The notes below the pieces were generated by a model. It did not search any database, was not told where the DNA came from, and saw only the letters and a list, made by a program, of their open reading frames with translations. This document shows positions 1 to 13,050 of a stretch of 64,000 nucleotides of DNA, in pieces. Positions within the stretch are counted from its first letter, which is position 1. Every line of letters starts with the position of its first letter. Made by a program: the position numbers and the translations under genes. This DNA is from an uncultured Nitrospiraceae bacterium (GTDB lineage: Bacteria; Nitrospirota; UBA9217), in assembly GCA_964412455.1 (NCBI GenBank), contig CAYPOT010000001.1, forward strand, positions 2,173 to 66,172, given 5' to 3'.

Positions 1-387
1 TTTTTATTCGCGATCGCGGCGCTTTTGTCCGCCCTCTCGCTCAAAAACCTGCTCTGGCCGTTGTCCAACAAACAAATAATGCTGAGCATTCACAAGCATT
101 CCGTTTGGATCACGTTTTCCGTTTATGTATTTATCTCTTTTTCCTGTATTTATTTTCATTTTCCCCTTGAGCAGCCATCACATGCGCTAAATCTCGGATG
201 GTTTATCATACACATGATATCCGGAGCGCTCGGGCTGGTTCTGTATGGAGGTAAAATCATTACGGTAAGAATATATAAGAAAGGATGGGCATATCAGGGG
301 GTTCTTTGGGGAGCAGCCCTGTTTATCTTCTGGCTCATACAATACATCACCGTCCTGCTCCATTTTTTCAATTTGCTGGAGGTGTAA
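1..387 (+). CDS. hypothetical small membrane protein; the 5' end probably lies before the window start (the frame is open back to base 1)
   Basis: Track ORF 25..387. The translation is hydrophobic, consistent with transmembrane helices. The region is AT-richer than the rest of the window. The reading frame stays open upstream to position 1. No family was recognised. Confidence 0.3.
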   Translation, partial: FLFAIAALLSALSLKNLLWPLSNKQIMLSIHKHSVWITFSVYVFISFSCIYFHFPLEQPSHALNLGWFIIHMISGALGLVLYGGKIITVRIYKKGWAYQGVLWGAALFIFWLIQYITVLLHFFNLLEV

Positions 388-452
388 ATACGTAATATGC
401 CATACACGCTTAGAACAGTGACAGAGTATACGGAAATATTCATTTCCGGCAA

Positions 453-2927
453 ATGAAAGGGAATATGATCATGAAAACAAAGAAAATGTCTGAAAAGAGC
501 ATTGTTCGGGAGGTAAAAAAGGGGTTTGAGGAGAACATCGCCGCGAAAACGGAAAAGATGAAGGTGCCGGATAATTCATTGTCGCCCGATCTGCTGCGAA
601 AGATGAACGCCTATTGGCGCGCCGCCAATTACCTGTCAATCGGCCAGATATACCTCTATGACAATCCGATGCTGAAAAAACCGTTAAAGCGGGAGCACGT
701 GAAGCCGCGACTGCTGGGCCATTTCGGTACGACGCCCGGGCTGAACCTTATTTATGTCCATCTCAACCGGATCATAAAACAGTATGACCTGAACACGATT
801 TATATCACGGGCCCTGGGCATGGCGGGCCGGGATTGGTGGCCAACACGTATCTGGAAGGCACCTACAGCGAGTTGTACCCGAACATAACCCAAGACGAAC
901 AGGGCATGAAGAAGCTCTTCACCCAGTTCTCTTTTCCCGGCGGCATCCCCAGCCACACGGCGCCCGAAACACCAGGGTCCATTCATGAAGGCGGCGAACT
1001 CGGTTATTCTTTGTCCCATGCCTACGGCGCGGCATTCGATAATCCCGACCTGCTGGTCGCCTGTGTGGTGGGCGACGGCGAGGCGGAAACCGGCCCGCTG
1101 GCCACCAGTTGGCACTCGAATAAATTTCTCAATCCCGTCATTGACGGGGCCGTGCTGCCGATCCTGCATTTGAACGGCTACAAGATCGCCGGTCCCACCG
1201 TGCTGGGCCGCATCGATCACGAGGAATTGGACCAGCTCTTCCGGGGTTACGGTTACAAGCCCTATTTCGTTGAGGGAGACGATCCCCTGAAGGTCCATCA
1301 GCGTCTGGCTGCGACACTCGATACGGTCGTCGCGGAGATCAAAGACATTCAGAATAGGGCGCGTACCAAAGGATTCAGGAAGCGTCCGCAGTGGCCGATG
1401 ATAATTTTACGCACACCGAAAGGCTGGACGTGCCCGAAGGTGGTTGATGGACTGCCCATCGAAGGCACGTTTCGCGCGCACCAGGTGCCGGTTACCGATT
1501 TCGCGACGAAACCCAAACACCTGAAAATCCTTGAACAATGGATGAAGAGTTATAAGGCTGAGGAGTTATTTGACAAGAGCGGCAGGCTCATTCCTGAACT
1601 GGCTGAACTGGCCCCCAAAGGAGAGCGGCGCATGGGAGCTAACCCCCATGCCAATGGAGGCCTTCTCCTGAAGGAGCTGAAAATGCCGGATTTCCGCGAC
1701 TACGCGGTCAAAGTACCGAAGCCCGGCGGCCTGGAAGCGGAAAGCACGCGAGTCCAGGGAGAGTTCATCCGTGATGTGCTCAAGCTCAACACCGAGTCGC
1801 GCAATTTCCGCGTTTTCAGCCCGGACGAAACCGCGTCGAACCGCTGGACCAACCTCTTCGAGATCACGGACCGGAGCTCGACCGCGGAAATCATTAAGAT
1901 CGACGACCATGTCGCGCCTGACGGCCGGGTGATGGAGATGCTGAGCGAGCACCAGTGCGAGGGCTGGCTGGAAGGCTACCTCCTGACCGGGAGGCACGGC
2001 TTTTTCTCGTGCTACGAAGCGTTCATCCACATCATCGATTCGATGTTCAACCAGCACGCAAAGTGGCTCAAGGTGGCGGGCGAGATCCCGTGGCGAAGGC
2101 CGATCGCATCCCTGAACTACCTGCTCTCGTCGCACGTGTGGCGGCAGGACCACAATGGATTCAGCCACCAGGACCCGGGGTTCATCGACCACGTGGTGAA
2201 CAAGAAGGCGGAGATCATCCGCGTGTATCTGCCTCCGGACGCCAACACCCTGCTGTCGGTCACCGACCATTGCCTCCGCAGCCGCAATTACGTCAATGTT
2301 ATCGTCGCGGGCAAACAGCCTGAACTCCAATGGCTGGATATGGATGCAGCCATCAAGCACTGCACGGCCGGGCTCGGCATCTGGGAATGGGCCAGCAACG
2401 ACAAGGGCGGCGATCCCGACGTGGTGATGGCCTGCTGCGGCGACGTGCCGACCCTGGAAACGCTTGCCGCTGTCGAGGTCCTGCGGCAGCACTTCCCGGA
2501 ACTGAAGATCCGAGTCATCAACGTGGTGGACCTGATGACGCTCCAGCCGCGGAGCGAGCATCCGCACGGGTTGAGCGATAAGGATTTTGATGTCCTCTTC
2601 ACCAGGGACAAGCCGATCATCTTCGCCTTCCACGGCTATCCCTGGCTGATCCATCGCCTTGCATATCGCCGGACCAATCATGACAATCTCCACGTACGCG
2701 GGTACAAGGAGAACGGAACGACCACCACGCCCTTCGATATGGTGGTGTTGAACGATCTCGACCGATTTCACCTGGCCGGCGACGTGATCGACCGTGTGCC
2801 CGGTCTGGGTTCAAGGGCAGCATACGCCAAACAGTTCCTTCGCGACAAACTGCTGGACCACAAGGCATACATCGAGAAGCACGGCCAGGACATGCCGGAG
2901 ATCCGCAACTGGAAGTGGAAAGGATGA
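453..2927 (+). CDS. xfp: xylulose-5-phosphate/fructose-6-phosphate phosphoketolase
   Basis: The 824-aa ORF contains phosphoketolase hallmark stretches ([35 protein letters not shown], the [25 protein letters not shown]-binding region). Length and N-terminus are typical of Xfp. Confidence 0.9.
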   Translation: MKGNMIMKTKKMSEKSIVREVKKGFEENIAAKTEKMKVPDNSLSPDLLRKMNAYWRAANYLSIGQIYLYDNPMLKKPLKREHVKPRLLGHFGTTPGLNLIYVHLNRIIKQYDLNTIYITGPGHGGPGLVANTYLEGTYSELYPNITQDEQGMKKLFTQFSFPGGIPSHTAPETPGSIHEGGELGYSLSHAYGAAFDNPDLLVACVVGDGEAETGPLATSWHSNKFLNPVIDGAVLPILHLNGYKIAGPTVLGRIDHEELDQLFRGYGYKPYFVEGDDPLKVHQRLAATLDTVVAEIKDIQNRARTKGFRKRPQWPMIILRTPKGWTCPKVVDGLPIEGTFRAHQVPVTDFATKPKHLKILEQWMKSYKAEELFDKSGRLIPELAELAPKGERRMGANPHANGGLLLKELKMPDFRDYAVKVPKPGGLEAESTRVQGEFIRDVLKLNTESRNFRVFSPDETASNRWTNLFEITDRSSTAEIIKIDDHVAPDGRVMEMLSEHQCEGWLEGYLLTGRHGFFSCYEAFIHIIDSMFNQHAKWLKVAGEIPWRRPIASLNYLLSSHVWRQDHNGFSHQDPGFIDHVVNKKAEIIRVYLPPDANTLLSVTDHCLRSRNYVNVIVAGKQPELQWLDMDAAIKHCTAGLGIWEWASNDKGGDPDVVMACCGDVPTLETLAAVEVLRQHFPELKIRVINVVDLMTLQPRSEHPHGLSDKDFDVLFTRDKPIIFAFHGYPWLIHRLAYRRTNHDNLHVRGYKENGTTTTPFDMVVLNDLDRFHLAGDVIDRVPGLGSRAAYAKQFLRDKLLDHKAYIEKHGQDMPEIRNWKWKG

Positions 2928-2985
2928 TCAGTTGTGCAGGCAGCGGTTGCGCGGACCGCCCGAGGGCGGAGAAAGATTGGGCCAG

Positions 2986-3873
2986 ATGAACATGCGAAAC
3001 CGGCTTGAACAAAAAACCCGCAAGGTCTGGGCGCTGCTCAAGCTCGCCGTTAAAAAGTTCTTTCAGATCGACGGGACACATTGGGCGGAAGCCTTCGCCT
3101 ACAATGCGTTCTTCTCGCTGTTTCCCTTGATGGTCCTGTTTGTCACGATTTTCTCGTTCTTCGTTGCCCGGGACCGGGCAGGGAAAGAGGTCATTGCCTA
3201 CATGGAAAGCTACATCCCGATCAGCGGGGAGATGCAAGCTTACATCTTTGACACCATCGGCGGCGTGATCACGGCGCGCGGGCAGGCGGGCGTTGTCGCG
3301 TTTTTCATCCTGGTCTGGGTCGCCCTCCAGTGCTTCACCACCCTCATCAGCGCGACCAACCACGCCTGGGGCGCCAAAGGGTACAACTGGTGGCGGCTGC
3401 CGATGAAAAGTCTGGCGCTGCTCGGCACCACGGCGGGCGCCGTTCTCCTGGGCATGGCGGCGCCCATGCTGGTGAAAATTGTGAACGAACGGTTTTTTCC
3501 TGTGCAGGATTTTCGTTCCTGGGTCTCTGCCGCGGGGCGCTTTGTCATCCCTTTGCTGGTGGTGTTCCTCAGCCTGAGCCTGTTTTACAAGCTGGCGCCT
3601 CGGCGGGAGACGCGGTTTGCCGAAGTGTGGGTCGCCGCCCTGTGCGCCACGGTCCTTTTACAGGTGGCCAATAGTCTCTTCGCGAGCTACCTCAAGAACT
3701 TCGCCACGCTCAACGCGGTCTATGGAGTGTTTGGCGGGATCATGGCATTGTTGCTGTGGATCTACCTTTCAGGATGCATTTTTATCTTCGGCGCCTGTCA
3801 GTGCGCCGCTCAGGCTGAAGGGCGTTCATCGCCGGCAATAACAAGCGTGGCAAGCAAAAAAAAGGAGAGTTGA
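2986..3873 (+). CDS. YihY/BrkB family inner-membrane protein
   Basis: The multi-TM protein contains 'AFAYNAFFSLFPLMVLFVTIFS', typical of the YihY/virulence-factor BrkB family. The start was moved to ATG at 2986 (MNMRN...) because the longer track ORF overlaps the xfp 3' end. Confidence 0.8.
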   Translation: MNMRNRLEQKTRKVWALLKLAVKKFFQIDGTHWAEAFAYNAFFSLFPLMVLFVTIFSFFVARDRAGKEVIAYMESYIPISGEMQAYIFDTIGGVITARGQAGVVAFFILVWVALQCFTTLISATNHAWGAKGYNWWRLPMKSLALLGTTAGAVLLGMAAPMLVKIVNERFFPVQDFRSWVSAAGRFVIPLLVVFLSLSLFYKLAPRRETRFAEVWVAALCATVLLQVANSLFASYLKNFATLNAVYGVFGGIMALLLWIYLSGCIFIFGACQCAAQAEGRSSPAITSVASKKKES

Positions 3874-3876
3874 ACC

Positions 3877-5938
<2,062 letters not shown>

Positions 5939-5946
<8 letters not shown>

Positions 5947-6277
5947 AAAACCGGAAATCAAGAGCGGCAAGGACCGGACTGCGTTCAGCCGGGAGGTCGG
6001 CGCGAAGGCGGCGCGCAAGCTCAAGGCGCAGCGTAACGTCACGCAGGGAGTCTGGTTTGGCCTGGGCATGATGGGCCTGATCGGATGGTCGGTGGTGGTG
6101 CCGACGCTGCTCGGCGCAGCGCTTGGTCTCTGGCTGGACAAGCGCTATCCGGGAAGCCATTCCTGGACGCTTATGCTGCTGGTTGCCGGCCTTGCGATCG
6201 GGTGCTGGAACGCGTGGCATTGGGTGTCAAAGCAAGACAAGGAAATGCAGGAGGAACAGGAGGATAACGATGAATGA
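5939..6277 (+). CDS. atpQ: N-ATPase AtpQ (AtpI/AtpZ-like small membrane subunit)
   Basis: The 112-aa protein has two TM helices with the 'WFGLGMMGLIGWSVVVPTLLGAALGLWLDKRY' motif characteristic of the ATP-synthase protein I family. Its position after atpC matches the atpDCQRBEFAG order. Confidence 0.65.
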
Positions 6278-6584
6278 AAATCTGATGCTGGTGTCGGCGT
6301 GGGTGGCGGGTGTTGTGCTCGGCGCGATATTCTTCGGCGGCCTTTGGTGGACGGTGCGGAAGGGGGTTTCGTCCCAACAGCCCGCGCTGTGGTTCTTCGG
6401 CAGCTTGCTGCTGCGGATGAGCATTGCACTGGCCGGTTTTTATTTTGTCTCCGGCGGTCATTGGGGGCGGCTGCTGCTGTGTCTGCTTGGATTTGCTATC
6501 GCGCGTTTCATCGTGACGCGGCTTGCCGGCCCGCCAATCGAACGACTTAACTCCCCGGAAAAGGAGGCCGGTCATGCGTCTTAG
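6270..6584 (+). CDS. atpR: N-ATPase AtpR subunit
   Basis: The 104-aa two-TM protein has the conserved intramembrane Arg (GGLWWTVRKG). Its start ATG at 6270 overlaps the atpQ stop. The position fits the N-ATPase operon order. Confidence 0.6.
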   Translation: MNENLMLVSAWVAGVVLGAIFFGGLWWTVRKGVSSQQPALWFFGSLLLRMSIALAGFYFVSGGHWGRLLLCLLGFAIARFIVTRLAGPPIERLNSPEKEAGHAS

Positions 6585-7269
6585 TCCCGATGAGATCATC
6601 TTCTGGCAACAGGGGCCTTTCAAGCTCAACGCCACCATTGTGTTCACCTGGGGACTGATGCTCGTGCTGGCCGTCGGTTCAAAACTCATCACGCGAAAAC
6701 TTTCCACGGGTCTGGCGCGTTCCCACTGGCAGAACCTTCTGGAGATCGTCGTCACGGGCATCGAGAAACAAATTGAAGAGGTAGGCTTGAGTCAGCCGAA
6801 TAAATATCTCGGCTTTCTGGGCACGCTCTTCCTGTTCGTCGCCGCAGCCAGCATCTCCACCGTCGTTCCCGGATACGAGCCGCCGACGGGCTCGCTCTCG
6901 ACCACGGTTGCGCTCGCGCTGTGCGTGTTTGTGGCCGTGCCGTTCTTCGGCATCGAGGAACAAGGGGTGGGAAACTACCTTAAATCCTATGTGAAGCCGA
7001 CGTTCATCATGCTGCCCTTTAACATCATCAGCGAACTTTCGCGGACACTAGCGTTGGCCGTCCGATTGTTCGGCAACATGATGAGCGGGGCGATGATCAT
7101 CGCTATCCTGGTCACTATTACGCCCTTCATCTTCCCGGTCATCATGACGCTGCTTGGCCTGCTCACCGGCATGGTGCAGGCCTACATCTTCTTTATCCTG
7201 GCCACGGTTTACATCGCGGCAGCCACGCGCGTCCGTAAGCCAAAGCCCGGACCCGAGGTAAAACTGTGA
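6574..7269 (+). CDS. atpB: F0 a subunit
   Basis: A multi-TM protein carrying the stator Arg in 'LALAVRLFGNMMSGAMI'. Its start overlaps the atpR 3' end. Confidence 0.85.
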   Translation: MRLSPDEIIFWQQGPFKLNATIVFTWGLMLVLAVGSKLITRKLSTGLARSHWQNLLEIVVTGIEKQIEEVGLSQPNKYLGFLGTLFLFVAAASISTVVPGYEPPTGSLSTTVALALCVFVAVPFFGIEEQGVGNYLKSYVKPTFIMLPFNIISELSRTLALAVRLFGNMMSGAMIIAILVTITPFIFPVIMTLLGLLTGMVQAYIFFILATVYIAAATRVRKPKPGPEVKL

Positions 7270-7303
7270 AGCATAATCTACAGCAACAACAAAAGGAGAC
7301 ACT

Positions 7304-7585
7304 ATGGATAGCATGACTATTATCGCGGTAGCATCAATTGTCACCGCCGGCATTACCACCGGCTTCGGCACCATGGCCCCGGCGTTGGGCGAGGGGAGGG
7401 CGGTCGCGACGGCGCTCTCTTCTCTGGCCCAGCAGCCTGATGCCTCAGCCACCATCACCCGGACCTTGTTCGTGGGCCTGGCGATGATCGAGTCCACGGC
7501 CATTTACTGCTTCGTGGTCTCGATGATCCTCATCTTCGCCAACCCGTTCTGGAACCACGTCATTGCCCAGGGCGCGGGAAAGTAA
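7304..7585 (+). CDS. atpE: F0 c subunit (c-ring rotor) with a Na+-binding ligand set
   Basis: The 93-aa hairpin protein has Q in helix 1 and E-S-T-x-x-Y in helix 2 (LAMIESTAIY). This matches the Na+-coordinating signature of Na+ F-ATPase and N-ATPase c subunits. Confidence 0.85.
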   Translation: MDSMTIIAVASIVTAGITTGFGTMAPALGEGRAVATALSSLAQQPDASATITRTLFVGLAMIESTAIYCFVVSMILIFANPFWNHVIAQGAGK

Positions 7586-7589
7586 GCCT

Positions 7590-8408
7590 ATGTTGATCGA
7601 TTGGTTCACCATCGTTGCGCAGGCACTCAACTTTCTCATCCTGGTGTGGTTGTTGAAGCGCTTCCTGTACAAACCCATCCTCCACGCCATCGACGAGCGG
7701 GAGAAGAGGATCGCCGCGGAACTCGCGAACGCCGACAAGAATAAGGCCGAAGCCCAAAAGGAGCGCGACGAGTTTCAGCATAAGAACGAGGAGTTCGACC
7801 GGGAACGTGCCGCGCTGTTGAGCAAGGCGACGGACGAGGCGCAGGACGAACGTCAGCGGCTCCTCGATGAAGCGCGGAAGGCCGCCGCGGCCTTGGCTGC
7901 CAAACGGATGGAAACGCTGAGAAAGAGCGAACAGAACTTATATCAGGAAATCAGCCGCCGGACACAACAGGAAGTATTCGCCATCGCGCGAAAGGCGTTG
8001 ACGGATCTCGCCGGGAAGAGTCTGGAAGAACGCCTGGGCGAGGTGTTCACCCGCCGCTTGCGGGAGATGGACAGCCAGGCGAAAGCAAGCCTCGCCGAGG
8101 CCCTTAAGAAAGCGTCGGAACCCGCGCTCGTGCGCAGCGCTTTTGACCTGCCCGCGGAGCAACGCGCGGCGATACAAAAAGCGCTCAACGAAACGTTCTC
8201 GGCCAAGATCCATATCCGGTTCGAAACCGCGCCGGACCTGATCAGCGGCATTGAACTAAGCACGAATGGACAAAAGGTGGCGTGGAGCATCGCGGATTAC
8301 CTGTCGTCACTGGAAGAAGGCGTCACTGAACTTCTGAAAGAGAAGGACAAACCTGAAACCAAAGCCGGGCCTGAACCTGAAGAACTGAAACCCGAAACGG
8401 AGAACTAA
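7590..8408 (+). CDS. atpF: F0 b subunit (long form)
   Basis: An N-terminal single TM ([21 protein letters not shown]) is followed by a long Lys/Glu/Ala-rich coiled coil. The start ATG at 7590 overlaps the atpE stop region. Confidence 0.75.
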   Translation: MLIDWFTIVAQALNFLILVWLLKRFLYKPILHAIDEREKRIAAELANADKNKAEAQKERDEFQHKNEEFDRERAALLSKATDEAQDERQRLLDEARKAAAALAAKRMETLRKSEQNLYQEISRRTQQEVFAIARKALTDLAGKSLEERLGEVFTRRLREMDSQAKASLAEALKKASEPALVRSAFDLPAEQRAAIQKALNETFSAKIHIRFETAPDLISGIELSTNGQKVAWSIADYLSSLEEGVTELLKEKDKPETKAGPEPEELKPETEN

Positions 8409-10078
8409 TGAACAGTGCGCCGGAAAGCCTCCAGAACATTTTCGACAGCGCGTTTGACGGCATAAGCCGGGTGCGGGAAGCATTCACGCCGCAATTGTTG
8501 CCACGAGAGGTGGGGACGATCACCAGTGTCGCCACCGGCATCGCGAAGGTGTCGGGTCTTCCCAACGTGGGCTTTGATGAATTGGTGACGTTTCCGGGCG
8601 AGGTGCCCGGCATTGCGTTCAACGTGGACGCGGAAGAGATCGGCGTCGTTCTGCTCGGCGAATACTGGCATCTCCACGCGGGAGATGAGGTACGTCGCAC
8701 GGGCCGGGTCATGGACGTGGCTGTGGGCGAGGGATTGCTGGGGCGCGTCATCGACCCGCTCGGCCGGCCGCTCGATGGCGACGGGCCGGTGGCCGCAGGC
8801 CCGCGCCTGCCGATCGAACGCCCCGCCCCACCCATCATGGACCGCGCGCCCGTAACAGCGCCTCTCCAGACCGGCATCAAAGTCATCGATGCGCTCATTC
8901 CCGTCGGGCGCGGTCAGCGCGAGTTGATCCTCGGCGACCGCCAGACGGGCAAAACCGCCATTGCGATCGACACCATCCTCAACCAGCGGGGCCGGAATGT
9001 CCTGTGCGTTTATTGCGCCATCGGTCAGCGCGCGTCCGCCGTGGCGAAGGCCGTGGCAACCTTGCGGGAAAAGGGGGCGATGGATTATACCGTCCTCGTC
9101 GTGACCGAGGGCAACGACCCGCCGGGTCTCGCGTACATCGCTCCGTACGCCGCGACCAGCATCGCGGAGTATTTCATGGAAGCGGGCCGGGATGTGCTGA
9201 TCGTTTACGACGACCTCACCCATCACGCTCGCGCCTACCGCGAACTCTCTCTCTTGCTGCGCCGTCCGCCCGGCCGCGAAGCGTTTCCCGGTGACATATT
9301 TTATATCCACTCGAGGCTGCTGGAACGAGCCACGCACTTGCGTAAGGAACTCGGCGGCGGCTCCCTCACCGCGCTGCCCATTATCGAAACCGAAGCGCAG
9401 AACATTTCCGCCTATATCCCGACCAACTTGATCTCCATCACGGATGGGCAGATCTACCTCTCGCCGACGCTGTTCGAATTGGGCGTGCTGCCCGCGGTCG
9501 ATGTCGGTAAATCCGTTTCGCGCGTGGGCGGCAAGGCGCAGCGGTCGGCCTACCGCGCGGTGGCGGGAGACCTCAAGCTCGCCTACGCGCAGTTTGAGGA
9601 ACTCGAGACCTTTGCCCGGTTCGGCGCACGCCTGGATGAAGACACCCGCAGGATCATCGAGCATGGACAACGGATCCGCGCCTGTCTCAAACAGCAGGAA
9701 TCCGCCGCCGTGTCCGTGCCCGCGCAGATCGCCATCCTGCTGGCGTTGACCGCGGAACTCTTCGACAACGTGCCGCTTGACCGGATGGCGGACGCCGAGC
9801 GCGCCGTGCATGAGGCGGCGGCGGATATCCCGGACGAAGTACGCGGGCGCCTGGATAGCTCCGAAAAATTGAGCGACGAGGATCGTGAAACGATCATCCA
9901 GATCGCCCGCAAAGCGCTCGAGGCGTTCCTGGCCGAACCGGACTCCAGGTCCGAGCCGGAACAAGGGCCCGAAGAGCGGCACAAACCTGAAGCGAAAGCC
10001 GGGTTCAAATCCGGAACAACGCCGGATGAGACCAGGGCTGATCCCCAAACCAATGCTTCACCAAAGGAGAAGTCATGA
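8408..10078 (+). CDS. atpA: F1 alpha subunit
   Basis: Contains the Walker A motif GDRQTGKT and an F1-alpha signature throughout ([14 protein letters not shown]; [41 protein letters not shown]). It has an approximately 50-aa charged C-terminal extension. Confidence 0.93.
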   Translation: MNSAPESLQNIFDSAFDGISRVREAFTPQLLPREVGTITSVATGIAKVSGLPNVGFDELVTFPGEVPGIAFNVDAEEIGVVLLGEYWHLHAGDEVRRTGRVMDVAVGEGLLGRVIDPLGRPLDGDGPVAAGPRLPIERPAPPIMDRAPVTAPLQTGIKVIDALIPVGRGQRELILGDRQTGKTAIAIDTILNQRGRNVLCVYCAIGQRASAVAKAVATLREKGAMDYTVLVVTEGNDPPGLAYIAPYAATSIAEYFMEAGRDVLIVYDDLTHHARAYRELSLLLRRPPGREAFPGDIFYIHSRLLERATHLRKELGGGSLTALPIIETEAQNISAYIPTNLISITDGQIYLSPTLFELGVLPAVDVGKSVSRVGGKAQRSAYRAVAGDLKLAYAQFEELETFARFGARLDEDTRRIIEHGQRIRACLKQQESAAVSVPAQIAILLALTAELFDNVPLDRMADAERAVHEAAADIPDEVRGRLDSSEKLSDEDRETIIQIARKALEAFLAEPDSRSEPEQGPEERHKPEAKAGFKSGTTPDETRADPQTNASPKEKS

Positions 10079-11229
10079 TAAATTTGCTTACCATCGAATC
10101 GCCGGCAGAGTTGGCAGCGGCTCTTCAGCCGCCGTGTCTCTCGCTGTACCAGCCGACCCATCGGCGCAGTCCCGAGAATCAGCAGGACCCGATCCGGTTT
10201 CGCAATCTGGTAAAGGAGCTGGAGTCATCACTTCGGCAGAAGTATCCGAAAGTCGAGACCCGGCTCCTGTTGGAACCGTTTGAAGCCCTCGCCCGCGATC
10301 ATGTCTTCTGGACCCACACGCTGGATGGCCTGGCCGTGCTGGGCGGGCCGGGGCTGTTTCGCGTGTTCCGGCTGCAACGGCCGGTCGCCGAATTGGTCGT
10401 CGTGGCCGACAGCTTTCACACCAAGCCCCTGCGACGCTTTCTGCAATCAGTCGATCGCTATCAGGTCCTGGGATTAAGCCTTCGCCGGATCCAGCTTTTC
10501 GAGGGGAACCGCGACGCGCTCGACGAGATCGATCCGGCGCCGGGCGTCCCGCGGACGATGACCGAGGCGCTGGGCGATGAACTGACCGATTCGCATTCGA
10601 CCGTCGCCTCCTACGGCGGCGTCGGCGTGGACAGCATGGCCATGCACCACGGCCACGGCGGGAAGAAGGATCAGGCAAACAACGACGCGGAGCGGTTTTT
10701 TCGCGCCATCGACCGCGCGGTACTCGAGCGCCATTCCCGGCCCTCGGGCCTGCCGCTGATCCTGGCGGCGCTGCCGGAGCACCATCATCTTTTCCGTCAA
10801 GTCAGCCATAACCCGTTTCTGATAGCTGATGGCCTCACGATCAATCCCGATACCCTGCCGATCGATGAACTTCGGGAACGCGCCTGGCAAGTCGTCGAGC
10901 CGCAGTATCAAGCGCAAATGGCGACACTGGCCGACGAGTTCGCAGTTGCGAAATCCAAGGGGCTTGGCAGTGACGACCTGGCGGAGGTTGCCCGGGAGGC
11001 GGCCACCGGGCGGGTAGCCACGCTGCTGATCGAGGCCGACCGCCAGATAGCCGGCCGGCTCGACGACGAGACGGGTCGGATCGAACACGCTGATCTGAGC
11101 CACTTGCAGGTCGATGACCTGCTCGACGATCTGGGCGAGTTGGTAGTGAAGATGGGCGGCCGGGTCCTGGTCATTCCGGCCGAGCGGATGCCGGGACGGA
11201 CGGGACTGGCCGCCAGCTACCGGTATTAA
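10075..11229 (+). CDS. eRF1/Pelota-superfamily protein (bacterial aeRF1-like, 'baeRF') with a modified GGQ loop; inserted in the ATPase operon
   Basis: The 384-aa protein begins with ATGA overlapping the atpA stop. The central loop '[19 protein letters not shown]' resembles eukaryotic eRF1 'KKHGRGGQSALRF'. The C-terminus '...[11 protein letters not shown]' resembles eRF1 '...GIGGILRYRVD'. The three-segment length distribution is compatible with eRF1 domains 1-3. This is motif-level recognition from memory and has not been checked by a profile search. Confidence 0.5.
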   Translation: MINLLTIESPAELAAALQPPCLSLYQPTHRRSPENQQDPIRFRNLVKELESSLRQKYPKVETRLLLEPFEALARDHVFWTHTLDGLAVLGGPGLFRVFRLQRPVAELVVVADSFHTKPLRRFLQSVDRYQVLGLSLRRIQLFEGNRDALDEIDPAPGVPRTMTEALGDELTDSHSTVASYGGVGVDSMAMHHGHGGKKDQANNDAERFFRAIDRAVLERHSRPSGLPLILAALPEHHHLFRQVSHNPFLIADGLTINPDTLPIDELRERAWQVVEPQYQAQMATLADEFAVAKSKGLGSDDLAEVAREAATGRVATLLIEADRQIAGRLDDETGRIEHADLSHLQVDDLLDDLGELVVKMGGRVLVIPAERMPGRTGLAASYRY

Positions 11230-11251
11230 ACAATCACAAAAGGAAAGCGCC

Positions 11252-11629
11252 ATGCAAATCCAGGTAAATACCGACCGTAACATCAAAGAGCACGAGGCGC
11301 CGGCCGCTCAGGTAAGCGGCGCAGTGGAAAGCGCCCTGAGTCGATTCAGCGATCACATAACGCGAGTGGAGGTCCACCTGGGCGACGAGAACAGCGACAA
11401 GAAGGCCGGCCATGACAGCATGCGTTGCATGATGGAAGCCCGCCTCGAGGGCCGCCGACCCGTCGCGGTCACGCACCAGGCAGCGACCCTGGACCTGGCC
11501 GTCAACGGCGCCGCGGACAAGCTGACCGGATTGATCGAGCGCACGCTCGGGCGGCTGCGAGAGCAACAGAGTGACCGAACAGACCCTGATCCGTCCGCAC
11601 TTGAACCGGAACTCGAGGAGGATTCATGA
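11252..11629 (+). CDS. short HPF/RaiA (YfiA) family ribosome hibernation/ribosome-associated inhibitor protein
   Basis: The 125-aa protein has an HPF-like N-terminus 'MQIQVNTDRNI', a 'RVEVHLGDEN' strand, and an 'ATLDLAVNGAADKLTGLIER' C-terminal helix typical of the short HPF family. Its TGA overlaps the atpG ATG as ATGA. Confidence 0.65.
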   Translation: MQIQVNTDRNIKEHEAPAAQVSGAVESALSRFSDHITRVEVHLGDENSDKKAGHDSMRCMMEARLEGRRPVAVTHQAATLDLAVNGAADKLTGLIERTLGRLREQQSDRTDPDPSALEPELEEDS

Positions 11630-12519
11630 GCGACACCACGGCGAGTCTGCGCCGAAAGATCAACGGAGCAGGGGACCTCCAATCCGTTGTCCGTACGATG
11701 AAGGCCGTGGCCGCATCGAGCATCGGACAATACGAGCAATCGGTGCGCGCGTTAGGGGACTACTATCGCACGGTGGAACTGGGGTTGGGCGTCTGTTTCC
11801 GGGGCGCCGGTTCTGCGGCATTGATGACTGGAGAGGCAAAACAAATGGATGCGGGTGCGATCGGCGCGGTCGTGTTCGGTTCGGACCAGGGACTGGTGGG
11901 CCAGTTCAACGATGTGGTGGCCGATTATGCTGTCAAGACGCTGGCGGCTCTGCCGGGGGAGCCCCGGGTCTGGGCCGTAGGCGAGCGCGTTCATGCGCGC
12001 CTGGAGGACGCGGGCCTGCCGTCGATCGGACTCTACGCCGTGCCGAACTCCGTCAAGGCCATCACCCCGCTCGTCGGGCGGATTCTCATGGAGAGCGAGG
12101 CGCGACGCGGCCGGGAGGAGATCGCGGAACTCCACCTCTTCTACAACCGCCCCGAGAACGGGGCGGTCTATGCGCCCGTCAGTCAGCGACTGCTGCCGCT
12201 GGACGAAAGCTGGCGGCGCAGGCTGGCCAAGCTTCCCTGGCCGACGGGAAACCTGCCCGAGGTCATGAGCGGCGGCACCGTGACCTTGCGGGCGCTCATC
12301 CGCGAATATCTTTTCGTCTCGCTCTTTCGGGCGTGCGCCGAATCCCTCGCGAGCGAGAACGCGAGCCGCCTGGCGGCGATGCAACGCGCCGACAAAAATA
12401 TCGTCGAATTGCTGGAGGATCTCAACGGAAAATTCCATCGTTTGCGCCAGAGCGGCATCGACGAGGAACTGTTCGACGTCATTTCCGGCTTCGAAGCGCT
12501 GAGCGCGGAGAAGAAATAA
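11626..12519 (+). CDS. atpG: F1 gamma subunit
   Basis: The 297-aa protein has the gamma-typical N-terminus (LRRKINGAGDLQSVVRTMKAVAASSIGQYEQS) and C-terminal helix. It is the last gene of the N-ATPase order. Confidence 0.85.
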   Translation: MSDTTASLRRKINGAGDLQSVVRTMKAVAASSIGQYEQSVRALGDYYRTVELGLGVCFRGAGSAALMTGEAKQMDAGAIGAVVFGSDQGLVGQFNDVVADYAVKTLAALPGEPRVWAVGERVHARLEDAGLPSIGLYAVPNSVKAITPLVGRILMESEARRGREEIAELHLFYNRPENGAVYAPVSQRLLPLDESWRRRLAKLPWPTGNLPEVMSGGTVTLRALIREYLFVSLFRACAESLASENASRLAAMQRADKNIVELLEDLNGKFHRLRQSGIDEELFDVISGFEALSAEKK

Positions 12520-12619
12520 TGTGGATTGCCTGAGCGCATGACCGTGCGTTTCGTTGATACAGTACAGTAAGGAAACCAATACGCCACGAAGGAGGACGAG
12601 GAAGATGAAAAGACCACTG

Positions 12620-12797
12620 GTGTTTTAGCGGTTATGTTTGTTTTGAGTACCAGGCATTTGCCCAGATGGGCGCCGGTCAAGGTGGTGGCATGATGGACCA
12701 TGGCTGGGGGTGGGGCATGGGCTAGGGAGGGGGCCTCGTGATCATTTTCGTGATCCTCGTTGTTGCGGGTGTGGTGTATATGATGAAGCGAAAGTAG
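12620..12797 (+). pseudogene. TAG-interrupted, frameshifted paralog of the small Met/His/Trp/Gly-rich membrane peptide gene at 18058-18297
   Basis: It is about 80% nucleotide-identical to 18121-18297. It is readable as MGAGQGGGMMDHGWGWGMG-TAG-GGGLVIIFVILVVAGVVYMMKRK. The region encoding the N-terminal signal peptide is frameshifted relative to the intact copy. Confidence 0.5.
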
Positions 12798-13050
12798 AAT
12801 AAGATCTGTATCGTGTTCGGGCTATCTAGCGCCCTTGCTTCGATCAGGCAGGACAAGGTTATGGCAATCCGGCTATCGGGATGGGTGCTGGAGCAAAGAG
12901 AGAGGCCGGAAGGTAGGTGAATTCTGTGGAGTGGGCGCATACCCCGCAGCTTGCTGCAGGGAGCTTCAATAGCGAATTGCGAGAAAAGTTTTTTGCAAGA
13001 AAGGTCGCATCGGCGGTGCAAACAATAAAAATAATACAGGGCGGAATACA

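Noticed and set aside
8405-10048. 547-aa minus-strand ORF antisense to atpA
   Set aside because: A shadow ORF of a high-GC gene. atpA on the plus strand has unmistakable motifs.
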